DNA of 64,000 nt from assembly GCA_026988525.1 (NCBI GenBank), contig JALSLC010000006.1, positions 123 to 64,122 on the forward strand. Direction: 5' to 3'. Below, piece after piece: positions 21,040 through 31,943 of this stretch (position 1 is its first letter; each line of letters begins with the position of its first letter). Source of the DNA: Archaeoglobaceae archaeon. GTDB taxonomy: Archaea; Halobacteriota; Archaeoglobi; Archaeoglobales; Archaeoglobaceae. The notes below the pieces were generated by a model, which was given only the letters and a program-made list of their open reading frames with translations, was not told the DNA's origin and did not search any database. Position numbers and translations under genes: made by a program.

Positions 21040-22353
21040 ATGATTAAATTTGCACACATGGCAGACATACATCTTGGATATAAGCAGTATGGTAGTGATG
21101 AGAGAGCTATAGATTTTGCACAGGCATTTATGAAAGCCATAAAAAAAGCAGTAGCTGAAAAAGTAGATTTTATAATAATTGCTGGAGACTTATTTCATAA
21201 AAAAAGCGAAATGGATCCTCTCACATTAACTCAGGCAATAAAAGTGCTTGAAGTTGCAAAAAAAGAAAAAATACCTGTTATAGCTGTAGAGGGCAATCAT
21301 GATTCCGCTTACTTTAAAGAGACTTTCTCCTGGCTCGATTACTTATCTCAACAAGGATTGATTGTAAATTTAAAACCAAGGTTTGAAGAGGATATAGTTG
21401 TTGAGGAATGGGATGGAAAAAGTGGAGCATATATAGACCTTGATATTGGTGTTAGGATATACGGAATGAAATACTACGGTTCTATGACTGAAAAAGTCTT
21501 AGATATGTATTCTAAGAAGATTAAAAGGCTAAAAAATGGTCTTACAATTTTTACGGCACATGCTGGAGTCGAAGGTTATGTAAAAATATATGGTTGCATA
21601 CCATCAACAAGATTTCATAAGATAAATGCAGATTACATAGCTCTTGGACATATTCACAAGAGTTTTGTAGAAGGGAAGATACACAACCCCGGTAGCCTTG
21701 AAGTTTGCGATATAACTGAATTAAAATTTAAAAGAGGATTTTTTATAGTTGAATGGGATAAAGAAGTAAAATCAAACTTAGTAGAAGTAAAAGGTAGAGA
21801 GTTTCTAATCTTAGACTCAGAATTGAAGAGTGAAGAAGATGTTGTGAATTTTAAAAGAAAACTTTCAGAAGTAAAAATTAAAAGACCAGTAGTTTATATA
21901 AATATAAAATGTAGTAGAGATATAAAAAAACTGCTCTGCGATGATGAAATAAAGAAAATACTATCAAACGTTTCACCCATAGCACTAAAAATTAAATGGG
22001 AAATTTTCAATGAATTTACACCAATAAAGTCCTTTAAGAAAGAAGATATAGAATCTTATGTAATATCTCAAATATTAGAGAATTATAAATATGGAGATAT
22101 TAGCGAGGAAATAATAACTTTAAAAAATGCGTTTTGCGGTAAATTTGATTTAAAAAGAGTAGATGAGTTTATTGAAAGTATTCTGTTTTCAGAACAAAGA
22201 AAAAAAGTATCTGAAAAAGAAGTAAAAGAAGAAGTTAAGTCAAAAACAGAAAAAGAAATAGAAAAGTTGGAGAAAGAAAAGGAGGAAACAGAAGAAGATG
22301 TTTGGGATTGGAGGAAGGCTTATGCTCTTAGAAATAAGACTCGTAAACATTAA
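21040..22353 (+). CDS. mre11: DNA double-strand break repair nuclease Mre11
   Basis: Phosphoesterase motifs 'ADIHLG', 'AGDLFH', 'GNHD', 'GHIH'. Lys/Glu-rich tail. ATG at 21040. Confidence 0.9.
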   Translation: MIKFAHMADIHLGYKQYGSDERAIDFAQAFMKAIKKAVAEKVDFIIIAGDLFHKKSEMDPLTLTQAIKVLEVAKKEKIPVIAVEGNHDSAYFKETFSWLDYLSQQGLIVNLKPRFEEDIVVEEWDGKSGAYIDLDIGVRIYGMKYYGSMTEKVLDMYSKKIKRLKNGLTIFTAHAGVEGYVKIYGCIPSTRFHKINADYIALGHIHKSFVEGKIHNPGSLEVCDITELKFKRGFFIVEWDKEVKSNLVEVKGREFLILDSELKSEEDVVNFKRKLSEVKIKRPVVYINIKCSRDIKKLLCDDEIKKILSNVSPIALKIKWEIFNEFTPIKSFKKEDIESYVISQILENYKYGDISEEIITLKNAFCGKFDLKRVDEFIESILFSEQRKKVSEKEVKEEVKSKTEKEIEKLEKEKEETEEDVWDWRKAYALRNKTRKH

Positions 22354-24982
22354 AAGCCATGTAGATACTAAAATAAGGTTTACTGAAGGAGTAAATGCTA
22401 TTTTAGGAGAAAATGGAGCTGGAAAAACAACAATTATAGAAGCAATAGGATTCGCTCTTTTTAATGTAAAACCATACAAGAGAATCGGTGAATTTTTAAG
22501 AAGAGGTGAAAAGAAAGGTGAAATAAGAATAACTCTAAAAGGAAAAGACGATAGAGTTTATAGAGTAGTAAGAAAAATAGAAGAGAATAGAACAGCCGAA
22601 TACTATGTGGAAGATGTTGAACTTGGAAGAGTTGCAGAAGGAGAAAATGAAGTTCTGAGTTGGATAAAAGAGAACTTTGAATTTGAGAGTGATCCAAAAA
22701 CTATGTTTGATAATGTAATTGGAGTTAAACAGGGAATGATGACTTCTCAATTTTTAAATCCTCCAAATGTTAGAGAAGCTACATTTTCCCCAGTAATTGG
22801 AGTGGAAAGCTACAGAAAAGCTTACGAAAAAAGCAAAGATTATGAAAACTGGATAAAAGAAGAAATAGATAGAACTGCAATTGAGGAGGTAGAACTGAGA
22901 AACAAAGTTGAAAATTTAAGAAACAAAAAAATTGAACTTGAAAGATTAAGAAAACTGCAAGAGGAAATAGAAGAAGAAATGAACAAGATTTCAAATCAAA
23001 TAAAAATGTACGAAGTAAAATATAAAAAATTAGAAGAATTTAAAGAAAAAATTAGTAATTATAAGTTAAATTTTGAACTAACAAAAGATAAGATTGAATC
23101 GATTGAAAGTAAATTAAAAGAGTTAAAAGAAAGATTTGAAAGAGCGAAAGAAGCTGAGAAAAAATTAAATGAATTGAAGCCTATAGCAATCGAAGGAGAA
23201 AAAATAGAAGAAAGACTAGACAAACTTATTAAATTAAAGGACACACTGATTTCCGAGCTACATAATTTAAACATAAAAAAAGAAAAATTAGAGGAATATA
23301 AGAAAAGATTATCTGATTTAGAAGAAAAAGTTTCAGATATAAATGAAATAAAAGCTGAAGTTGAAAAATTGAGAGAGCTTGCAAAAATTGAAAGAGAGCT
23401 TGATGAACAATTAAAAAAACTGAGGGTTGCCGAAGAAAGAATTAAAGGATTATTAAATCAAAAATCTATTTTGAAAAAAGAAATTGATAGAAAAATAGAG
23501 AAAATTAAAAATAAAGATATAATTAAAAATGAAATTAAAAATTTGGAAGAAAAACTCGATAAGTTAAAAGATTTGGAAGATAAAAAAGAGAAAACTGTAA
23601 AAGCATACTATGCATTAGAAACGAAACTAAAACTTGATAAAGAGCAATTAAAAGAGATGTTAAAAGGTATATGCCCAATACTTGGAGAGGAATGTAAAAG
23701 AATTGCTGAGGCAGGTAGAAAAAAGAAGAAAGAATTGGAAAAAGAAGTGGAAAAAATAAAAGTTTTAAAAGCGAATATAGCTAAATTGGAAAAAGTTTTA
23801 TCAGCTAAAAAGGCTTTGGAAAATAAACTGTCTAATTTGAAATTGGAATTGTCATATATAGAAGAATTTGAAAAGGATGTTGAAGAGAAAAAGGAAAAGT
23901 TAAAAGAAATTACAAAGGAGTTAGAGATTTTAGAACGAAAAGTATCTAAAATTAACAAAGTCAAAGAAGAGTTTGATAAAGTTAGGGGATCTAGTAACAG
24001 ATTTGCAGAACTATCTGAAAGATTAAAACAAAAAGAAGAAATGTTGGAAGAAGTTGGAAACTTAAAATCGAAAATTGTAAGTTTAAGAGAAGAAATAAAA
24101 AAACTTCCAGAAGTAAATGAAAAACTAAAGGCTATAGAGCAAAACATAGTTGAGAACAAAGAAAAATTAAAGGAACTAAAACCTATACTGAATGAGTACG
24201 TTTCTCTAAAAACTATTGCAAATGAAAGAGATGAAATTGAAAGTAAGTTAAAAGAAAAAATAGAGGAGAAAAAAGCCTTAGAGGAGAAATATATAAAAAT
24301 AAAAAAAGAAATTGATGATATAAATAAAAAGTTTTCAGATGAAAAATATGAAAGAATTAAAAAGAAACTTGAGGATCTTAGAAGATCTTACTTCCAGTTA
24401 AAAGGTAGGTTGGATGAAATAAAAAACAGAATAGAATCTCTAACAAAAGATGTTCTTGAGCTTGAGAAAGAAGAGAAGAGGCTTGAAGAAGTTTTAAACA
24501 AAAAAAGGTTAGCGGAAAAGAAATATTTATTTATTAAAGATTTGCGAGAGATATTTAAGAAGGCAATTCCAGAGATAACTCGTGCATATACAGATGCTGT
24601 TTCAATTGAGGCTAATAGAATTTTTTGCGAACTAATGAACGACTATTCATGGGAAATAAGATGGACTAATGACTACTCAATAAAAGCAATTTATAGAGGC
24701 AGAGAAATTGATTTCTCTCAAATGAGTGGTGGAGAGCAAATGTGTGCAGCAATAGCAGTAAGATTGGCATTACTAAAAGTTCTATCCTCTACGAACATTG
24801 CGTTTTTTGATGAGCCCACCCAAAACATGGACGAAGTTAGAAGGAGGAATTTAGCCAACCAAATATCAAGAGTTGAAGGATTTAACCAAATATTTGTAAT
24901 AAGTCACGATGACAGTTTTGAGGATGTTGTAGAGAATGCTATTAAGTTAAAAAAAGAGGACGGTATCACCATAGTCGAGTGA
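22322..24982 (+). CDS. rad50: DNA double-strand break repair ATPase Rad50
   Basis: Walker A 'GENGAGKTT', about 600 aa of coiled coil, signature 'SGGEQ', Walker B 'IAFFDEPT'. Likely start 'MLLEIRLVNIKSH' overlaps the mre11 end. Confidence 0.9.
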   Translation: MLLEIRLVNIKSHVDTKIRFTEGVNAILGENGAGKTTIIEAIGFALFNVKPYKRIGEFLRRGEKKGEIRITLKGKDDRVYRVVRKIEENRTAEYYVEDVELGRVAEGENEVLSWIKENFEFESDPKTMFDNVIGVKQGMMTSQFLNPPNVREATFSPVIGVESYRKAYEKSKDYENWIKEEIDRTAIEEVELRNKVENLRNKKIELERLRKLQEEIEEEMNKISNQIKMYEVKYKKLEEFKEKISNYKLNFELTKDKIESIESKLKELKERFERAKEAEKKLNELKPIAIEGEKIEERLDKLIKLKDTLISELHNLNIKKEKLEEYKKRLSDLEEKVSDINEIKAEVEKLRELAKIERELDEQLKKLRVAEERIKGLLNQKSILKKEIDRKIEKIKNKDIIKNEIKNLEEKLDKLKDLEDKKEKTVKAYYALETKLKLDKEQLKEMLKGICPILGEECKRIAEAGRKKKKELEKEVEKIKVLKANIAKLEKVLSAKKALENKLSNLKLELSYIEEFEKDVEEKKEKLKEITKELEILERKVSKINKVKEEFDKVRGSSNRFAELSERLKQKEEMLEEVGNLKSKIVSLREEIKKLPEVNEKLKAIEQNIVENKEKLKELKPILNEYVSLKTIANERDEIESKLKEKIEEKKALEEKYIKIKKEIDDINKKFSDEKYERIKKKLEDLRRSYFQLKGRLDEIKNRIESLTKDVLELEKEEKRLEEVLNKKRLAEKKYLFIKDLREIFKKAIPEITRAYTDAVSIEANRIFCELMNDYSWEIRWTNDYSIKAIYRGREIDFSQMSGGEQMCAAIAVRLALLKVLSSTNIAFFDEPTQNMDEVRRRNLANQISRVEGFNQIFVISHDDSFEDVVENAIKLKKEDGITIVE

Positions 24983-24994
24983 AGCCCTATAAAT

Positions 24995-25975
24995 TTATTG
25001 TTCATGAATTGCAGATATTACTTTTTTACCAAACAACCTAATTGCCTTAACCTTGTCAACGCCTATGGGACTACCTGCAACTAAATGTGTAACTCCAACT
25101 TTTCTAAGTTCCTCTATCCTATCAAGAACTTCACTTGGCGTACCGCTTATGGAGAAAGCTTCAACCATTTCATCGTCAACAGCTTTTTTTACATCAGTCC
25201 AATCTCCTCCAGAAAAAGCTTTCTTAAGAGCATTTCTAACTTTTTCAGCTTTTTCTTTTAGACCATGTCTTTCTAAAACAATATCTGGAGAACCCGAAAC
25301 TATAAATGCCACAACTATCTTTGCTTCTTCCTTAGCAATACTGCTATCATTATCGATACTTAGAGATGTATAGGCTACCACGTCAAATCCATCTTTTAAT
25401 TCTTCAAAACACTTAAAAGCCTCTTTAAAATCAATAGGGTGAGATGCATTAATTAAAACGCCATCACCTATTTTTGAGGCAAGATTCAACATCTTAGGGC
25501 CTTGGGCCCCTATATATATTGGGTAGGGATTTACATCATAATCTAATCCAGCGTTTTTTATTTCAAAAATTTCTCCAGAGTAACTCACTCTCTTTCCAGA
25601 TGTTAAACCCCTTATTATTTCTACAGCCTCTTTAACTCTTTTGAGGGGTTTATGCCAATCAATACCGAGTCTTTGAAGTGTCATTTTATCTCCTGCAGCT
25701 ATCCCAAGTATCGCTCTTCCATAGCTTATCTCATTAATTGTAGCTACTGCAGAAGCTATAACTGCCGGATGAATTGTAAAGGGATTTGCCACACCAATGC
25801 CAAGATTGACTTTTTTTGTTCTCAATGCAAGTAAACTAAGAATTGCATAAACGTTTCTGTTGTTGTAGTGGTCAGTTATCCATACACTGTTAAAACCAGT
25901 ATCTTCAGCTACATTAGATAAAAATTCTATTTCGTAAGGTTTTATATTAGGTACGAATTCCACACCGAACTTCAT
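24995..25975 (-). CDS. mer: F420-dependent 5,10-methylenetetrahydromethanopterin reductase
   Basis: 'MKFGVEFVPN...VWITDHYNNRNVY' luciferase-like fold typical of Mer. 326 aa. Confidence 0.8.
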   Translation of the reverse strand: MKFGVEFVPNIKPYEIEFLSNVAEDTGFNSVWITDHYNNRNVYAILSLLALRTKKVNLGIGVANPFTIHPAVIASAVATINEISYGRAILGIAAGDKMTLQRLGIDWHKPLKRVKEAVEIIRGLTSGKRVSYSGEIFEIKNAGLDYDVNPYPIYIGAQGPKMLNLASKIGDGVLINASHPIDFKEAFKCFEELKDGFDVVAYTSLSIDNDSSIAKEEAKIVVAFIVSGSPDIVLERHGLKEKAEKVRNALKKAFSGGDWTDVKKAVDDEMVEAFSISGTPSEVLDRIEELRKVGVTHLVAGSPIGVDKVKAIRLFGKKVISAIHEQ

Positions 25976-26065
25976 GTTTGTTCATTGGTAGCAAGCAATA
26001 AGATTTTTTCCATTTTTAATAATTTACATAAACTAAGATATAGTGATAAGTTCAAAAACAAAATT

Positions 26066-26482
26066 ATGAGATACAGATTTATCGAACACACAGCAGATAT
26101 AGCTATGGAAATTTACGGAAAAACTGTGGAAGAGCTACTAAGAAATGCTACCTTAGCTTTTAGAGATGCATTCATATTTCCCGAAAAGTTGGAAGAAAAA
26201 GAAACAAGGAAAATTGAATTAAAAATGGAAGAGGATAGTGTAAAGGCTGTAGAATATTTACTTTACGATTGGATGAATGAACTACTATACTTATTTGATG
26301 CTGAACACTTTGGAGTAGTTGATGCAGAAGTAAAAATAAATGGAAAAAATGTAATAGGAAAACTTACAGGTGGTAAATTGAAAGATGAAGCTGTAAAAGT
26401 AGAGCCAAAAGCTATAACACTACATAAATTTAAAGTTGATAAAAATGACTACTACAAAGCTTTTTTGATAATAGATATTTAA
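26066..26482 (+). CDS. archease
   Basis: 'MRYRFIEHTADIAMEIYG' is the archease N-terminus. The 27-aa upstream extension in the ORF track is unlikely to be real. Confidence 0.85.
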   Translation: MRYRFIEHTADIAMEIYGKTVEELLRNATLAFRDAFIFPEKLEEKETRKIELKMEEDSVKAVEYLLYDWMNELLYLFDAEHFGVVDAEVKINGKNVIGKLTGGKLKDEAVKVEPKAITLHKFKVDKNDYYKAFLIIDI

Positions 26483-26486
26483 AAAA

Positions 26487-27392
26487 TTAATCACCAAACG
26501 TTATAACTGGAGAAGTGGCTATCCTTCTTGCACCAAGCTCTCTTAACTTTGGTTTAAGGAATTTTACTTTTGCTCTATCAAGTATTATATGCATGGCTAC
26601 TCCACCACCCGCCAATGTAGAAATTGTAGGATTGAAACCCTCCTTTACCAAAAATTCCTTTATTGCAGGTATATCTTTTTCGTCAGGTACATTGAATAAT
26701 AAGCTAACAAGATTTCTGGATGAAAGTACCTCTCTTACATCTGTTATTAAATTATCCATTAAAGCTTTCTTTTCTGGATTTTCATACGATTTTTTGTTAG
26801 CAATAAAAACTGAATAAACAGGATCCTTAAAAACATCTATAATTCTGCATCCGTTCTCTCTTAAAGTTGTTCCAAATTCTGTTACTTCAAGTATTAGATC
26901 TGCCTCTGGTTCTGGGGGTAACAATGCCGCTTCAGTTTTACCAATTGGGTCAAAGACAACAGCATTTAACCCCACACTTTCAGCATACTTCTTAGCTAAT
27001 TCTGGAAATTCAGAAGCAAACATAACTGTCTTATTTCCAACCACTTGTTTAAAATCCTCAATACTTTTAACATCAGGATAAACTTCTTCACATACAGCTA
27101 TTACGAGTTTTGTCGGCCTTAAAGGTAGTTTTTCAACGACAATTACATTGTCCAAATTGTATCTAAGTTTTGAGTTTTCAAGTATATCCTCACCCGTAAA
27201 TCCAGCATCTCCTTTACCCATCATTACATAGAAAGGCATTATTTGCGGTCTAACTTGCTTAAATACAATCTCAGGGTGATCTACACTGATCATGTAACCT
27301 CTCTTACTTTTGTGTAACTTGTACCCTGCTTCAACGAGTGAATCCCAAACTGGTTTTTCCAAATGTCCATCTGGAAAGTAAACTTTTATCAT
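26487..27392 (-). CDS. hisG: ATP phosphoribosyltransferase (long form)
   Basis: 'DLILEVTEFGTTLRENG' (HisG signature region) and a C-terminal regulatory domain. 301 aa. Confidence 0.8.
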   Translation of the reverse strand: MIKVYFPDGHLEKPVWDSLVEAGYKLHKSKRGYMISVDHPEIVFKQVRPQIMPFYVMMGKGDAGFTGEDILENSKLRYNLDNVIVVEKLPLRPTKLVIAVCEEVYPDVKSIEDFKQVVGNKTVMFASEFPELAKKYAESVGLNAVVFDPIGKTEAALLPPEPEADLILEVTEFGTTLRENGCRIIDVFKDPVYSVFIANKKSYENPEKKALMDNLITDVREVLSSRNLVSLLFNVPDEKDIPAIKEFLVKEGFNPTISTLAGGGVAMHIILDRAKVKFLKPKLRELGARRIATSPVITFGD

Positions 27393-27475
27393 CCTGCTAA
27401 AAGAGTACGAATAGAGTATTTAAATTTCTCTGATATAAAGTTACACAAACTTATTACCAGTTTTTAAAAAAATTT

Positions 27476-29068
27476 TTAAGATATTAAACCAATCTCCTTA
27501 GCAAAAGCTGCTACATTTTCTGCAGGACTCATAGATCTTTCCTTCACTGGAACTTTTCTGAATAAAGTTTTATGCATTTCAACGATATCCTTAGGTGGTT
27601 TGGTCAAAAGACTTACAACGATTATTACTCCAAGTGTTATAAAGAAGTTGACGAAGAAAACTGGTACTCCAGTTAACTTTGCACCTATTGCTCCAAATAT
27701 ACCGGGCGCCTTAGGATTGAATGCCCAACCGTATATCTTAGATTCGAGAATGACTTCAGATATTAAACCGTAGGCCATTCCAACAATCCCTGCTTCTTTT
27801 GTAACTCTGCTCCACCAAAGACTTAGCAACAATATTGGACCAAAACCTACTGCCAAACCACCCCAAGCAGTAGCTACAATATCATATACTATTTTTCCAC
27901 CTTTAATAGCCAAATATACTGCTAAAATTGTTAAAGTGACCACTACAACTCTTCCCAAGTTTACCATTATTCCTTCTTCAAGCTCTATTCCAAATACCAT
28001 ATGGAGTACATCTCTTGCTACTGCAGATGAGGCAACAAGTAGTTGAGAGTCTGCAGTTGACATTATAGCAGCAAGTATTCCCGCAATAACAAATCCAGCT
28101 AACCAACTTGGCATTAAAGCTATAGCCATAGCGGGGATTATTCTCTCAGGGTCAGTTACATTAACAATACCTGCTTTAAACAATGCATATCCAATAAATC
28201 CTGAGAAGAAAGCTCCCCAAAGAACAATTATAGTCCATATTCCACTTATAAATATACCCGGTCTTCTCAATTTTCTTGGGTCATCAACACTCATGTACCT
28301 AGTAACAATATGCGGTTGTCCAAAATATCCTACAATCCAAGAAGCATAACCTATAGCAAAAACAATTGCAGCCAATCCAGTTTTTCCACCAAAGGGGTCA
28401 AGATGTGTTGGTGATGAAGATGCAATTACCATTGTAGCTTTATCAAACCCACCAAGAGCATTCAAAGCCAAGATAGGCATGATTACAAGCGTGGCAACCA
28501 TAAACATTGCTTGAACAACATCTGTCCAAACCACTGCAAAAAATCCACCCATAAGTACGTAGATCATAACTACGACTGCGGTCAGTATTATACCTTCATT
28601 TACGCTAATGTTAAATGCTTGAGCAAGGGCTTTACCTCCAGCAGTATACTGTGCGGAAACATAAACAGTCATGAATATAAGTATAATAAGAGCTCCCAGA
28701 ATTCTTATTAACTTTGTATTATCCATAAGTCTGGCTTCAAGATAATCTGGAACTGTTATAGCTCTAAACTTACCAGAATATATTCTTAATCTTGGTCCAA
28801 CAAAAACATAATCAGCAAGAGTTCCAAAAAGACATCCTATAGCAGCCCAAAAAGCACCAAGTCCTGATTTAAATGCTTGTCCCGGATACCCAAGCATTAA
28901 CCATCCACTAAAATCGCTTGCTTTATCACTCAAAGCAGCTGCAATTATTGATACTTTTCTGCCTCCCACAAAGTATTGATCCTCACTTGCAGTGTACTTG
29001 TTTGCCCATATTCCTATTGCCATTAAAATTATAAGGTAAACAATTATTCCCGCAAGAATTCCTTCCAA
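27476..29068 (-). CDS. sodium:solute symporter (SSS family)
   Basis: 530 aa, about 13 TM segments, SSS-type conserved core ('GGFFAVVWTDVVQ'). TTG start preceded by GGAGGGAG. Confidence 0.85.
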   Translation of the reverse strand: MEGILAGIIVYLIILMAIGIWANKYTASEDQYFVGGRKVSIIAAALSDKASDFSGWLMLGYPGQAFKSGLGAFWAAIGCLFGTLADYVFVGPRLRIYSGKFRAITVPDYLEARLMDNTKLIRILGALIILIFMTVYVSAQYTAGGKALAQAFNISVNEGIILTAVVVMIYVLMGGFFAVVWTDVVQAMFMVATLVIMPILALNALGGFDKATMVIASSSPTHLDPFGGKTGLAAIVFAIGYASWIVGYFGQPHIVTRYMSVDDPRKLRRPGIFISGIWTIIVLWGAFFSGFIGYALFKAGIVNVTDPERIIPAMAIALMPSWLAGFVIAGILAAIMSTADSQLLVASSAVARDVLHMVFGIELEEGIMVNLGRVVVVTLTILAVYLAIKGGKIVYDIVATAWGGLAVGFGPILLLSLWWSRVTKEAGIVGMAYGLISEVILESKIYGWAFNPKAPGIFGAIGAKLTGVPVFFVNFFITLGVIIVVSLLTKPPKDIVEMHKTLFRKVPVKERSMSPAENVAAFAKEIGLIS

Positions 29069-29086
29069 GTTACTCCCTCCTAATTC

Positions 29087-29242
29087 TTACTTTTCAAGCA
29101 TCCTCCTATCATATCCAAGTACATCCTCATCAACGTAGTACTCCATCCCAGTTATTTTATCCCAAAAACCATAGATCAACATAACGAGTATTGCAAGAAA
29201 AGTTGGCACTAGCAACAAAGCCCAACCCTCAGCACTAAACAA
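29087..29242 (-). CDS. 51-aa single-TM peptide upstream of the symporter (candidate small subunit); not in the ORF track
   Basis: AGGAGG, then 8 nt, then TTG. Translation '(M)FSAEGWALLLVPTFLAILVMLIYGFWDKITGMEYYVDEDVLGYDRRMLEK'. Its stop lies 18 nt before the symporter start. Confidence 0.5.
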   Translation of the reverse strand: MFSAEGWALLLVPTFLAILVMLIYGFWDKITGMEYYVDEDVLGYDRRMLEK

Positions 29243-29353
29243 TTCAAACACCTCCTATTTTTTATCACCTCTATCCTGAACTTCATTACCACTTTTACCG
29301 TAAAAATTGGTTGGGTTATATATTATTTTTTGATTTTTTGCAATGCACAGTAA

Positions 29354-30388
<1,035 letters not shown>

Positions 30389-30392
30389 TAAA

Positions 30393-31187
30393 ATGTACAA
30401 TAAATCGCCTTTCAAAATAACTTTATACATTTTTTCAGTATTGGCAGTAATTTCAATATCATTACCAACTTTGAACTTAATATTTACACAGTTATTGAGT
30501 TACAGGTCTTTGTGCAACTTTATTTCTACTATTTTAAACACAGAAGTTTGGAATGTAATTGCACTAACTTACTTAGCAGCTCTAACATCTACAACAATAT
30601 CTATTTTACTCGGTATTCCACTCGCATATTCCTTAGAGAGATACAATTTCCCAGTAAAAAAGTTCATAGAAAGTTTTGCAGATTTACCTACAGTAATTCC
30701 CCATACAGTAGCTGGTATAGCCTTACTTTCAATCTTAGGCAATAGTGGTCTAATCGGAAAATTTTCTCCAGTGAAATTCGTGGATTCATTTTCGGGAATT
30801 GTAGCCGCTATGTTTTTTGTTTCTTTTCCAATTTTTCTAAATAGTGTTAGAGAAGGTATTGCCAAAGTTGATAAAAGACTTGAGGACGTAGCCAGAACAC
30901 TTGGTGCAAATGACTTTAAAGCATTTACTACAATAACTTTACCGCTCTCTATGAGAAGTATAATAGCTGGAGCAATTGTAGCTTGGGCAAGAGCTGTGAG
31001 CGAGTTCGGTGCAATAGTAATTTTGGCTTACTACCCACTTGTAGCTTCAACATTGATATACGACAAATATTTAAGTGAAGGTCTAAATTCTGCTGAACCA
31101 ATCGCAGTTTTGCTGATAATTCTAACGTTGATAATATTTGGAGTTATAAGAATTGTTTTCTGGAGAGAATGTAACAGTAAAGGTTAA
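30393..31187 (+). CDS. wtpB: tungstate/molybdate ABC transporter permease
   Basis: Six TM segments and the EAA loop 'EDVARTLGANDFKAFTTITLP'. Confidence 0.8.
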   Translation: MYNKSPFKITLYIFSVLAVISISLPTLNLIFTQLLSYRSLCNFISTILNTEVWNVIALTYLAALTSTTISILLGIPLAYSLERYNFPVKKFIESFADLPTVIPHTVAGIALLSILGNSGLIGKFSPVKFVDSFSGIVAAMFFVSFPIFLNSVREGIAKVDKRLEDVARTLGANDFKAFTTITLPLSMRSIIAGAIVAWARAVSEFGAIVILAYYPLVASTLIYDKYLSEGLNSAEPIAVLLIILTLIIFGVIRIVFWRECNSKG

Positions 31188-31214
31188 ACGTTTTAACTTA
31201 AAAGATAATTTAGT

Positions 31215-31562
31215 ATGGAAATAAAATGTAGAATATGGATAGAAAAAGATGGAAAACATGTATTGGGAAAAGGTGGAGCCGAAATACTTAAGGCCTTAGA
31301 AAAGTACAAATCGCTTTCTAAAGCAGCCAAACATGTGGGAATGTCCTATAGGTTTGCTTGGATGTATATAAACAGAATAGAAGAAAATACTGGAGTTAAA
31401 ATAGTAGAAAGAGAGAGAGGCGGTAAAGGAGGAGGTAAAATGACTTTAACTGAAAACGGTAAAAAATTGCTCAAAATGTATGAGGATGCTGAAAAAGTCT
31501 GTGAAGATGCAATTAAAAATTTAAATTATAAGAAAGAATTTAATTTATATAAAGATCAATAA
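31215..31562 (+). CDS. ModE N-terminal-domain-like winged-helix regulator
   Basis: 'LKALEKYKSLSKAAKHVGMSYRFAWMYINRIE' matches the ModE/LysR-type HTH. No molbindin domain. 115 aa. Confidence 0.75.
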   Translation: MEIKCRIWIEKDGKHVLGKGGAEILKALEKYKSLSKAAKHVGMSYRFAWMYINRIEENTGVKIVERERGGKGGGKMTLTENGKKLLKMYEDAEKVCEDAIKNLNYKKEFNLYKDQ

Positions 31563-31595
31563 AGAATAGAGAGAATTAAAAAACAAAGTAGAAAA

Positions 31596-31880
31596 TTAAT
31601 CTTTCTTCGCAAGCACAATCTCTATTGTAGAAACATTAACAGTTCTACCTTCAGACATTAGCTCCTCAGTATCTATTTTTATATCTTTGACATCTACATT
31701 AGGCATAAATCTGTTTTTGACTATCTCTGCAACATCGACAGCCCTACTTATAGCTTTACCTCTCGCCTTTATAACAACTTCACTTGCTCCTTCATTGAAC
31801 TGTGTCAATACTGCAAGCACATAGTTCATTACAGGCTTGTTACCTACGTAAACTACACGTTCTTCTGCCATGTCTTTCAC
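31596..31880 (-). CDS. albA: chromatin protein Alba
   Basis: '[19 protein letters not shown]...[24 protein letters not shown]'. Confidence 0.95.
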   Translation of the reverse strand: MKDMAEERVVYVGNKPVMNYVLAVLTQFNEGASEVVIKARGKAISRAVDVAEIVKNRFMPNVDVKDIKIDTEELMSEGRTVNVSTIEIVLAKKD

Positions 31881-31943
31881 CTCCTTTTAAGTGCAAAAGT
31901 TAATGGTTATTTAAATTTAGCTCTCAAAAATTTTTAAGGTTGT

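Noticed and set aside
22461-24159. Minus-strand ORFs (22461..22697, 22535..22750, 22779..22994, 23059..23274, 23608..24159) inside rad50
   Set aside because: Antisense to the Lys/Glu-rich coiled coil: AAA/GAA codons read as TTT/TTC on the other strand, giving Phe/Ser/Leu strings. Not credible genes.
22900-24500. Highly repetitive-looking AAA/GAA/TTA-rich DNA, considered as a tandem repeat or CRISPR-like array
   Set aside because: No fixed-length direct repeats or spacers. The periodicity is codon-level and explained by the Rad50 heptad coiled coil.
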